Shown here piece after piece: positions 40,920 through 51,510 of a stretch of 64,000 bases of DNA (position 1 is its first letter; each line of letters starts with the position of its first letter). The notes beneath the pieces are model-generated. The model was not told the origin of the DNA. It made no database searches and was given only the letters and a program-made list of their open reading frames with translations. The DNA is taken from the NCBI GenBank assembly GCA_904063045.1, contig CAJFCJ010000019.1, positions 2,610,684 to 2,674,683 of the forward strand. Direction: 5' to 3'. This stretch comes from Dimorphilus gyrociliatus (taxonomy: Eukaryota > Animalia > Annelida). The position numbers and the translations under genes are program-made.

Positions 40920-43900
40920 TTAAGGTTTTAAGTTATTTCCCAGAGGTTTCCGGTTATGCAGACAAACGGATTTCATTTGACGGAAACTTTCCTGAAGGGA
41001 AAAAGCGAATCTATCCGATTTTGTTTCTCCGCAGCTTACGAAGGAAGACACTACGACAACGATGTAATTCGGATGAGGGTTATAGCAAGCTCCGTAGCCG
41101 TCCTCTACAACAGGACCATAGCACATAAACGCGTCCATAGTGGTAGGAACCTGTCGTAAGATGGCGATACTTGTCTATAGTTATATGCTTTAAAAAATGA
41201 AAATTTTGTGAAAAAAGGTATTACAAATAAATGCCACTATGCCCGTAGAACACAATATATAGGAAATATGGGGGAGAGTAAACTAGATAAGGAGACTATA
41301 ATTGCCCACGAATTATCACCGGAAGTACATTTTTTAAGATACAATCATTTACATTGATTATTTTTTTCATATTTCTATATAAATATAACGGCCAATGGTA
41401 CGGGGCCAATAGTAGGTCTATAGTAGTTCGATGCGTATAGCATCTGTTGGCTTTTTTATTTCAATGGCTGATGACTCGACAACGTCGAATAATTTTGAAT
41501 TTCGACAAAACTCGTCAAATTCACCTATCGTAATAGGAACGACTGTTGGTGGAGTCATCTTAGCCATTGTTACAGTTATCGGAATATATGTCATAGTAAG
41601 AAAGAGGAAGAAGTTATCATATGAATCTGTTAAAGGCGTTACGCGATCAGCTCCCAATACAAGAAGTTCATCGCCAAAACCAGTTCATCACTTACAAAAC
41701 AGATCGAAGTCAACTTGTTTAGCTTTAGACCGTTGGAAAGAATACGAGAATGATATTTCGGATAGTTGTACGTCAAGGTATACTATTTATTAAACATGTT
41801 ATTTTTTTTTATCTATAAATAGAAATATTGAAATTTTCATTAAATTCAATCTTTCTGAAAAACATGTTTTTTTTCTCATTCATTAATAATATGTAAAAGT
41901 ATGACCAGTAATTCATGACTATATAAGTATATATATTTACTATCTATATTAGTATATATGGTATATGTATATAGATACTGAATATATATAAAATTTATTT
42001 AAGTGACGAAGATATTAGGAGGGGAACTGTACCGACTATCTCATTATTCCTAAAGAAGGATACAAATTGTATCGAATTAAAAGTTATCTGTATTAATGAG
42101 ATAACTAGCTCTGAAGAGCCTCTAACGAAGGGAGTTTTCGTTAACATTTTCCTCTATGATGGTAATAAAGAAATAAAGCGTCAACAAACAAAAACGATCG
42201 ATAGATCTAACGTAATTACATTTAATGAGACTCTCTATTTTCAGGTAAACACATTTTTATATATAGATATTTAAAAGTGTATATTTTAGAAGAACTATTT
42301 ATAGTACTACTAATAATTACTCTTCTCTCGAGGATTAAAGTATCCTCTTTAATTAAAAATCAATTTCCTTTAAATGAGGTTATTAATTCATTTTTTTCTC
42401 TTTTAAAGCTAAAGAAACGTTCGAAGAATTATCGTATCAGAATTTCTGCTTATAGAATTGATAGAGATAGAATTCGACATGAATTGGGTCATCAAGTTGT
42501 TCCCCTTGAAGAAATAGAGGACGAACGCTACTTTACAACTGAATTGTTACCCAATCTTCAATTAAAGGACGAAAAAAAGACCTCAGAAATAGAAGTATCT
42601 TTGATGTTAACTACAAATTCTATAATCATTCAGCCTATTCGGGTAATCGATGGACTACCAACAACTTCTGAAGCCTATTTTAAATTAACACTATTCGAGC
42701 ATGGCCATAAGAAAGATCGCCTCTTAACTGAGAAAAAGCATATGAAAGAATTAATTAATCTGGAAGATACTTATGAATTTCAAATATCTCTTACGAATTT
42801 GGAGGATTATAGTATTCGATTGGATTTAATCGAAAGCCTCACGGAGAAGGAACGTCTAATTGGAAGAGTCACAATCGGATCGTATCAATACGCAAGAGGA
42901 TCAGGTTTGGAACATTGGCAGGATACATATACAAACTTTGGTCGGCATTCAAGAATGCTGCATAAACTTAAAAGATAAACTGGCAGGGGTGTGGACAAAG
43001 GAGGCATACATTGTAAACTTAAAAAAAAAAAAATTAACAAATAAATTAAAAACGGAAAGGTGTACAGTAAAACGGGAAAAGCAAAAGGTCATTTTTACCT
43101 GGCTTGTACTCAGGGTAAAATGATTCGACATTTTGTAACTTTCATCAAGAAATAACTCGGGGGTTCCAAGGTTCTTCTCTTCTGATAAACGTTTAAGTGC
43201 CAATAAATGATTATCTATTCCGTATCCAAGTATAGCCTAAAATAAAGTTATTGTATGTTTTTTTTGTTAATTATACTAAAACTATGTTAAGTATTTAAAT
43301 AAATAGTGTCCGTATTTAAAAGTATAATAAAACGTCATACGTCCATAAGGATTTCTGTTTGTCTATTCATTGCTCTTCGAAATAATGACATCTTTTCTTC
43401 TTCCTGATAAAATTTCCAAAGGGACAAAATTAATAAAACACTATGAGAGGAGAAAAGAATTATTTCTTTTCTCTTTTTATTCTGGTCTAACCGAAACTTG
43501 AATTTCATCAACCATAGCTCGAACCCAGTCAAGGGCTTCTGAAGAGCAGGCTCGTATATTGTCAACTCTACCAAAACGGAATCTTCTAATTGATGCACTT
43601 TCGTAAGTTGAGACCAATTTCTTGTACTCTTTGTAGTAAGTTAGCTGAAGAGCCAGTTGAATAAAAGCATCCGGACTCATGTTTTGAGACTTAACAAATT
43701 CTTTTCCATAGTCAGAAAAACGGAGTATGTGTAAATCGAGCGATTCGATTAATTTATCGATTCTGTTACGGGCGAGTTGAATTTCATCTAGTATTTCTGG
43801 CTTCAATTCCCAGTTTAACTTCTGTGGCTCATCCAGATCCGTCAATGACATCAATCTACATAACTTCTGCTTTTGCAGTTCATCCCTGCAAGAAAAGATA

Positions 43901-45575
43901 ACATAAACAATTTTTTTTATTAACCTGTAGATGTCTCTAGTCGACGTACATATATTTGAGAAGATGTTCTATAAGCTGAACAACAGCAATGCCCTCTGCA
44001 GGGGAATGTTCGTAATTAAGACCGCAAGTTCCATCCATGCAAACAACAAATTGCATAGTCTTGTCGTACCATCTATTGCAGGAATTAAAGGAGCTTCCAA
44101 GCCCATGAAGCATCTGAAGGGCTTGAGAAACGTCGTCACGATTCTTTCCGGTCGTTTGATGATTGAATGTGGCCGGTAGCGTATGATCAATACAAAGTAT
44201 GAAGATACTATTCTCTATCAGGCTTAAACTCCTTTTATTGACCGGTTCTACAATCGATCAAGAAATTTCTTTTTTACCTTTATACGTATAACTAGATAAT
44301 TATTTCCCGCGCTAACCTTCCATCAATTTCAACCGACATTCAGCCCACTTATCTCGCTGTAAACTGGTTAAGACTCCCACTTCCTCGTTAGCATCTCCTT
44401 CATCGGCAAGGGTCATGATCCTCTTCAATTGTGCGTAAATATTATCAACACTTAGTCGGCTTCGATTATGTTTTAGATACAGCGGGAAGAGCTTTTAAAA
44501 ATGAAATGAGACAAATATCCTATTTCCCCTTTGTTTATCGTCATTTTATTATTTTATCCTACCTGGTTATTACATGCAACAATAATGTGTTCCGGTTCTA
44601 TATTGCCGGTGGTAGACATATATACGTGAGAATCTTTATGGATGCCGGGTTCCCGATAAGTTGAAAATAATCTATAATATTGTTCCATACATAATGGTTG
44701 TCCTTTCTTGCTATGCCGGGCGCGATCGACCGGAAGTTGTTTTCTTGAGATTAAGAAGGGTTTAAGTTGCTTATATAGAAAGCGCTAAGATATAATGTAT
44801 TACGATCAACTTACGAGTCAATCACAAGCTTATAATCCAAAATACCCGAAATAAGTCTGGCGGCGAATCTACAAGCGATTAAGGCGTTTAATAAAGAACA
44901 ATAGGATTATTAGGTGCCTTCAAAGAAAAACAATTATATAGGCGGCGCTCGCGAGCGATAAGACCTTCAACCCACTAATTCAGGCAATCGTCTCGCTAAT
45001 CGGCCGCAAGCATTTTTTGGCACAACCTTAAGGCGTCACTCTTTTCAGGGAAATTCTGTCTTGGAAAGACCATTCCGGGGTTAGAATTGACCGGAAGAGC
45101 GAGTTTGTTTTTAAAATACATGTCTTCCAACCAGAAATCGAATGCCTAACAGCGGGAAAATAAATTAATTAGAGTTATTAGCAAAATCGAATTGCACCAA
45201 AAGAGGCGCACCCAATTTTCCACTTGATTCGCGTAGTCGAGTAGCTCGCTTTGCAGATCGTTAGCGACCGTCTCTCGAAATTTCCCAACCAATCTTTTTG
45301 TATTCTCATACTGGGAATCACCTACCAATGGTCGTATACAGCGCAAATACTTATCAAGCGTTACATCGACATCCGGAACGGGAAGTTTCGGCAATTCTTT
45401 CTGTATAATCGGTTAAAGATAAGACCTGTATAGCCTTTTTATTCTCTTTTTCTTTAACCCCTTAATTAAAGAGTCTTACATTTAAATCCCACTGTGGGTA
45501 TTCTTCTATATCCAACGACGCGACGCGTTCGACGTACTTTTTCACAGGATGGGGGGATCTCTGCGGACGTGACAT
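40920..45575 (-). CDS. ChAT: Choline O-acetyltransferase, multi-exon
   Basis: LPKLPVP, LPVNSNPG, LCMEQYYRLFSTYREPG, NRWYDKTMQF, catalytic EHSPAEG, SPDAFIQLALQLTYY, STYESASIRRFRFGRVDNIR, GIDNHLLAL, LSTSQ|VPT, YGPVVEDGYGACYNP. The first coding exon (ATG 45575) is preceded by an acceptor. Adjacent to VAChT. Confidence 0.97.
41464..42978 (+). CDS. Divergent synaptotagmin-like protein (TM + C2A + C2B) nested antisense in the last ChAT intron
   Basis: Exons 41464-41777, 42004-42244 and 42409-42978 are in phase. N-terminal TM IVIGTTVGGVILAIVTVIGIYVIV followed by RKRKK; C2A ..ITFNETLYFQ..ELGHQVVPL; C2B ..AYFKLTL..LIGRVTIGSYQYARGSGLEHWQD. Confidence 0.85.
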
Positions 45576-46609
45576 GAATCTGAAAAAACAAGTTTATTCT
45601 TTTCCTCCTTGTCCTTTTTTTATCATAGAAAGATGGATTATAGAATATTTAACAAGGGAAAAAACCACAGTGCATTATTAGGTATTGTTTCATCTTAGTA
45701 TGTTTGCATAATCGAACACAATGGTATCCTGGAGAATCACGTAACTAATCAAGCTTGACGTCTTACGACCAACAACAAATTGCGTAAACAGGGCACGACG
45801 CTAACAAACAAGCGTTTCCGATGGGCAAGCACGCGTCCCGGGCGTCACTTTAGGCATCTATTTCTCATAGGCGTCCTTTATCATTTCTTCACTTCCATAA
45901 ATAGGATTGCTTTTTTTTTCATTTTAAAGACAGAGAGAGATAGACAGCGAGAAAGGAGAAAGCGAGAAAGCTCAATTATTTATATTAATGACAAAGCTTT
46001 ATCAATTTCACGTGAAGTTCTTGCTAAGTCTCTTAAAGCACAATAAAAGCATCTTAAACTTAATTGTGAAGCTATAATTGCCAATATATCTTTCATTTTT
46101 GTTTGGTTTTATTTACTTATAATATTTATTTAAAAATAATTAAACGTGCTTTAACATATACACATGGTTTATTTATATCAGGTAATTTCCTAATAAATCA
46201 TATTTACAAGTAATTTTTTACGTTTTTATCTTTTTGTTTTTCCTCATATTTATATAGAATAATTAAACAACATTATGACAATTAATATTTCCTATTTACA
46301 GAGTATTGCCTTGCACACACGATTTGTTTTGAAGGGAAAAAAGTAGTGCGAAAAGAGGAAGAAAGGATAGGTTATAATAAGTTAAAAATGCTTAAAACGT
46401 CAACTATAAAGCCTATAGTATTAATATACTTTTCGAATATTAATTATCTTGTCACAAGAAAACAAAATTTAGATTAGTTAACTAAAACAAAGTTATCTCT
46501 TATTATAATTGAACTAAATGGCTGGTATATAGAGAATACATCTGCTGGCCGCTATAAGGGAAAAAAGGGAATATTTGGAACTGTAGTATTCGATAATCTG
46601 TAGAACTTT

Positions 46610-48295
46610 TTATTTCAAGTCTGTACGATCGTTCAAATCAACCAAATCTCCCAAACTATTCCTTGATTCTGCTCCGACAGTCGGTGGGGGAGGCCTTGCC
46701 GGAGGAGGTGCATTGGAGACACTACCATAGGAAGGTGGAGGAGCATTTGTGTCTAGTTTAAGATGATTCATTGTTCCATTCGGAACCTCCTTTTCATCAT
46801 TTACAATATAAGTCTTGTAATCGACATCTGGCCCAGTTCCAGGCGTAGCAGTTACTAGAACGGCACCTTCATTTTCGAATTGCTTATAATCGTATACATT
46901 GCGCAAAAGTAGGAGTATTGGGACGTATAGTATATTGGAGAAGAAAATACCAACGTTTAGCCAGGTAAAGCCGATAGTTCTAACAATTCCACCTGCCACT
47001 ATGGGGCCAAAAGCATATGCAAGAGAATATGATATATCAGCTATTGCGTAAATGGAACCATAAACGGATACATGACGATTATCGACGAGAAAACCGAGCA
47101 TCGGCAAAACGGAAGTATCGATTAGCGCAATTCCAAAACAGCAAACACTCAAAGGTACAATAACGGCAAAAAAGTTCGTACAGAATGGTAGAACTAAACA
47201 ACTAATTCCCTCCATAGTCAAACCAGCAGCTGTAAGAATCCACTGCTTATTTGGGTAGGTTTTTGCTAATCTTACTGTCAGATATACGCCGAGAACATGT
47301 GGAAAGAAGGCAGGCAGCCACACCATTCCAATTTCCCATCCCTTGGCCTGCATTGTATCCGCCATCCACCGGGCTATAGTCGGTTCGATAAAGGCTAAAG
47401 AAACATTGGCCATAACTAGTGCACCGGCGCAAACTGCTATATAAGGGTCGAGAATGAGTTTATAGATTGGTGTGGCATTCGGAAGAGAGGACTGCATTTG
47501 CTTCCTCTCCCTTCTATTGGGTTTCATTACGAGGAATATAAGGAAACCATCGATTAACGCGACAAGCGCCAGAACTATAAACGGTATACATTTACCAGCA
47601 AAATCATAGAGTATACCGCCGAAGGGAGGTGCGAATAAGGAGCCGAAGCTTATAAATGCCTGGGATATGCCCAGCGCTTTCGTTCTTTCTGTCTCCTCAA
47701 CGTATATATCTGCTATCATAGCCATACCAGCCGTATCAGCAAAGGCTGAACCGATACCCTGCATACTTCTAGCAATGAACAGGACTGTATAACTACTTCC
47801 GAATGCGAAAATGGTTGTTGATAGGCACATAATCATTAGTCCTACGAAGAGCGGCAGATCATACCCCACTCTATCCATGACCGTTCCGGAAAATGGATTA
47901 ACTAACAGCTGAATTATGGCCTTTGAGGCGAAAAGGAGGCCGATAGCACCACTACTCGATTCTTCCCTATGAGGTGAATCGGTGGGTTTAATTCTTTCTG
48001 GCTTTAGTGTACTTGTCCAGTTAAGAGTTAATGATAAAGCAGCGGTTGAAAGAGGTGATGGCGATGTCTGAACATCTTTCTGTTTCTCTCCCAAGTAAAT
48101 CGGAATAATTGGGACAATGACCATATACAGCATATTATCGAGTAAAAGAGCAACGCAGACAATAATGAGTACGAGTCTGCGCTGCGACATAGGATCGTGG
48201 ACTTTTTCGTCAATACTACTGATAACATCGTGTGACTCCTTGTTTAGTAGTGGGACGCGAAAGTTAGGGATTCTGTAGATAAAGTTCAGTGCCAT
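46610..48295 (-). CDS. VAChT: Vesicular acetylcholine transporter (SLC18A3/unc-17), intronless ORF
   Basis: Multi-pass MFS membrane protein with ALLLDNMLYMVIVPIIP, IALIDT and the VAChT-type YGSIYAIADISYSLAYAFGP. Located between upstream non-coding exons and the first ChAT coding exon. Confidence 0.97.
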   Translation of the reverse strand: MALNFIYRIPNFRVPLLNKESHDVISSIDEKVHDPMSQRRLVLIIVCVALLLDNMLYMVIVPIIPIYLGEKQKDVQTSPSPLSTAALSLTLNWTSTLKPERIKPTDSPHREESSSGAIGLLFASKAIIQLLVNPFSGTVMDRVGYDLPLFVGLMIMCLSTTIFAFGSSYTVLFIARSMQGIGSAFADTAGMAMIADIYVEETERTKALGISQAFISFGSLFAPPFGGILYDFAGKCIPFIVLALVALIDGFLIFLVMKPNRRERKQMQSSLPNATPIYKLILDPYIAVCAGALVMANVSLAFIEPTIARWMADTMQAKGWEIGMVWLPAFFPHVLGVYLTVRLAKTYPNKQWILTAAGLTMEGISCLVLPFCTNFFAVIVPLSVCCFGIALIDTSVLPMLGFLVDNRHVSVYGSIYAIADISYSLAYAFGPIVAGGIVRTIGFTWLNVGIFFSNILYVPILLLLRNVYDYKQFENEGAVLVTATPGTGPDVDYKTYIVNDEKEVPNGTMNHLKLDTNAPPPSYGSVSNAPPPARPPPPTVGAESRNSLGDLVDLNDRTDLK

Positions 48296-49086
48296 ATCTT
48301 CTCCGTTCTGCTTCTCTTCATCACCCCCTTGAAGGCAGCAGCGGCGACGTATTTACGTTCATGTACAATACGTCCTGTTTTAGTAAGAAAGAAATATAAT
48401 AGTTTAATTTTTTGATTGATCCAAATTTTTGAACATAAAATTTAATGAATATATTGCAGCCTACATTCGAATATTGTCCCGCTGCTGCCCCCTTAGGAAT
48501 TGCGACACTCCCCAACTATATATGCAAACGAACGCAGCTGCCCGAACCTAATGTAATCCGCTATCAAATAGACGCCTTTTAGACGCTTCGCACACTCTGA
48601 TCAACCGACTGGCGTCTCGATCGAATTCGTAAAAACGTCGCAAATGGAAGTCAAAAAAAACGTTAAGCGCTTCCCAACGAATCAGACACATTCATGCAAA
48701 CGCTTGTCACTTGTCATCCGTAAAAACTTCTTTTTTTAGCTCTGTAATTCCTGCTATTTTGCATAATAAAAATCTTCCCTTTTTTCCTTGCGGCATCTTT
48801 TTTCGAAAACTATTATCTCTACTTTTATACTTTTATTCTTCTTTTTATTCAATAATAAAAAAGTCAATCGATTCTCTCTCTCTTTCTTGCTTTTCCTTTT
48901 TCTTTTTCTCTCTCTCTCTTATGTTAATTTAGATATTCCCTTTTTTATCCTTCGACCAAAGTAAGTACAATAAACGTATAACATAAACATTTATGTTAGA
49001 AATGATTGAAACAATATCTATGTATAGGTATTTTATTAAGGGATACATATTTTTACGAAATAGGTTTAACGGTGAGAAAACTTACA

Positions 49087-49364
49087 AAGTTTGACGAGAA
49101 GCGGCACTTCGAGCAGAATTCTTCCGATCGTCTCCTTCTATTGATGCAATCTGTTTTAAGGATTAAAGAATATTCATTGATATTGTCCTTGACCTTGCTG
49201 TTGGTAGGTTATATAAACGAATAATAGGAACATAAATTGGTATAGAGCAAGTACCTTTTACGAACTGTAAGAAAAACGGCGGCGTTCGAACGTCGTCCTC
49301 GCGCTACCGACGTATCGATAGTGACGTCACAGCCGCAATGGGCGTCTATTGGTCAATTGGCGTC
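49087..49364 (-). promoter_or_regulatory. Probable promoter and shared 5' non-coding exons of the cholinergic locus
   Basis: CRE TGACGTCA at 49322-49329, two CCAAT boxes (ATTGG on the + strand, ~49348-49360), and minus-strand donor-like sites at ~49256 and ~49087 (GTAAGT). Confidence 0.45.
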
Positions 49365-51135
49365 ACTTGGTTCGTTTAACGACGTTGGCTCGCATTTTTA
49401 TGCTTGACAAGTATTCAGGAATATAAAATACTTGTGTATATTTATAATACTGATATATTTTGTTTTTCTAATTTCTAGACTTGGAATGACTATATAGAAT
49501 CTTGTAAAGACGGAATTGAAATATTTCAATTAGCATTTAAATTAATTGAATAACTGAAAATTGATAGAGTACCCTCAGGAGCTTGGCTGTAGATAATTCT
49601 ACTTCACACTTGTAATAAGTAAATATACATTTCTGACTAATAATAAAGTATACGGCTCATAAATATTTCACAAAACTCTTTGAAATCACTTCATATTTTG
49701 ATGCGTATACAATGAAAAGAAGGTATCAAATGTTTATTACACCCACGTCAAAAACTGGATGCTTAAATCTTACTTTGTTCCTGTAGCATTGGTGTGCATG
49801 ATATATGCACAAGGGAAGGCTCACACATACACACAGAAGAATATATATATATATATATGCACTATATATTGTATTTATGAAAAATCGAAAGCATCCAAAG
49901 GCCAATCGATATAAATGTTTGTGAATGTATTCGATGACGGACGAAGAAACAGTCAATCTTCGCTTTTCAATAACGAAATAGGCTTAAATATAATTTTTAT
50001 TTATGTATTGAGAGTGGGAGGGAAAATAAAAAATACAAAAAAAGAAAATGATAACGTATATAAAAGGAAAAACTATATATATATATAAAATAAAGACAGA
50101 GACTTTCTACTCATTAGCATGGCGTGAGGTGGCGAGCATCTCGAGAGATTCAATGTAAACATTAGTAAGCGTTGGGTATGTTTATTACGCCGTCAATCAA
50201 AGCTCATTATACTCTCGGTCTTAATGAACAATGACGTTCTTCGGACGCTTCTTTCATTTTAGCTTCCATTACATTTTTCATTGTCTTTTGTCATAAAAAT
50301 TGATAGGAGTTTTTGCACTCATAAATCTTTAAAAAATTTTCAATGGTGACATATTCTTAAAATATTTAAAATAAAAGCAATTACACGTAGAAATGAGATG
50401 CGTTGCACTAAATGTAAAAGACGATACATTTTTTCTTATGCACTTATAAAAATTTGCATTAAAACATCTGGATTGATTATAGATAATTATAGTGCATTAC
50501 AGCAATTTTCTTTTTTCTTTAATGATGTTATGAGACGCATCGGCTGCTCTATTAAGATTTTACATATATCTGACTTATGAAATAGTAAGTTACGTTGTGA
50601 GCATTAAACTATCAAATAAAGTAAAACAATACTTGGAAATATTGCAAGAATAGGAAATAGAGAGAAAGATGAAGTAGAAAAGAAAATTATCTATTTATAC
50701 TATATAAATATTCAACTATATACTGATATATATGTATATATATATATATATAAATGAATATATAAGTATGTGCGCTAATGTCGTAAGTATGTATGCTTAG
50801 GCCTGCGACAAGATAAAAAAAATAACTAAGAGCTAAAAAAGAAGTAAAGGTATAGAAGCAACATTTTTTCCCCGACTTCTTTTTAAGGCTACGGGCAGCG
50901 AATAAAAAGAGAACAAGAAAAGCTAGTACATTGCCGAGTGCAAATCCTCTGACAACCGTTCCAATTACGACCGTTCGAACGATTCGAAACAAGCTAATCA
51001 CGTGACTAATTCGAACGATCCCGGCGGTCGAGGCACAGCATGAATCTGCAAAGTAAAGTTAGAGAACAAGGGAGATAATGAAGGATAATAGGTTAATGAG
51101 AAGGCCGGATCGAAGTGAATATAGAATGTGCAGGA

Positions 51136-51510
51136 ATGATTTTGCTGTCTATCATTGTCGCCTTCAACTTTATATTAGCACTACTTGTCAACGATGATTG
51201 CTTTGCGCGCTTTCCCAATTGTAAAGGAATGCGGAATAAACCAATCGAACGTTTGCCAACTTAATTGGCATCATTGACCAGGAGCGTGATCTGGGTGGAC
51301 TGTCGCTTTTTTAATTCAGTCTCAAACGATTTGAGACGTCAATTATGTAGGACTACTTTTGTTGTTTTTCGAGTCTATTGCCTTAATTATTCAATCAATT
51401 ATGACTTCGACCTTGCGGAACAGTTTAACCATAAGCGTCTCCTTGAGTCGGTCTACTTGATCAACGTACTGCTAATCAGCACAATTACTGGCAAAAGAGA
51501 CGCTCAATGA
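51136..51510 (+). CDS. Possible small secreted peptide precursor
   Basis: Signal-like MILLSIIVAFNFILALLVN. The same frame continues after one TAA that lies inside a possible 99-nt GT-AG intron (51221-51319). The C-terminal part carries RR, KR and GKR sites. Confidence 0.25.

Noticed and set aside
43969-44190. ORF IIRYRPHSIIKR.. and other antisense or off-frame ORFs over ChAT, VAChT, unc-13 and the cyclase
   Set aside because: Shadows of the real coding frames. The ChAT frame here reads NRWYDKTMQF..EHSPAEG.
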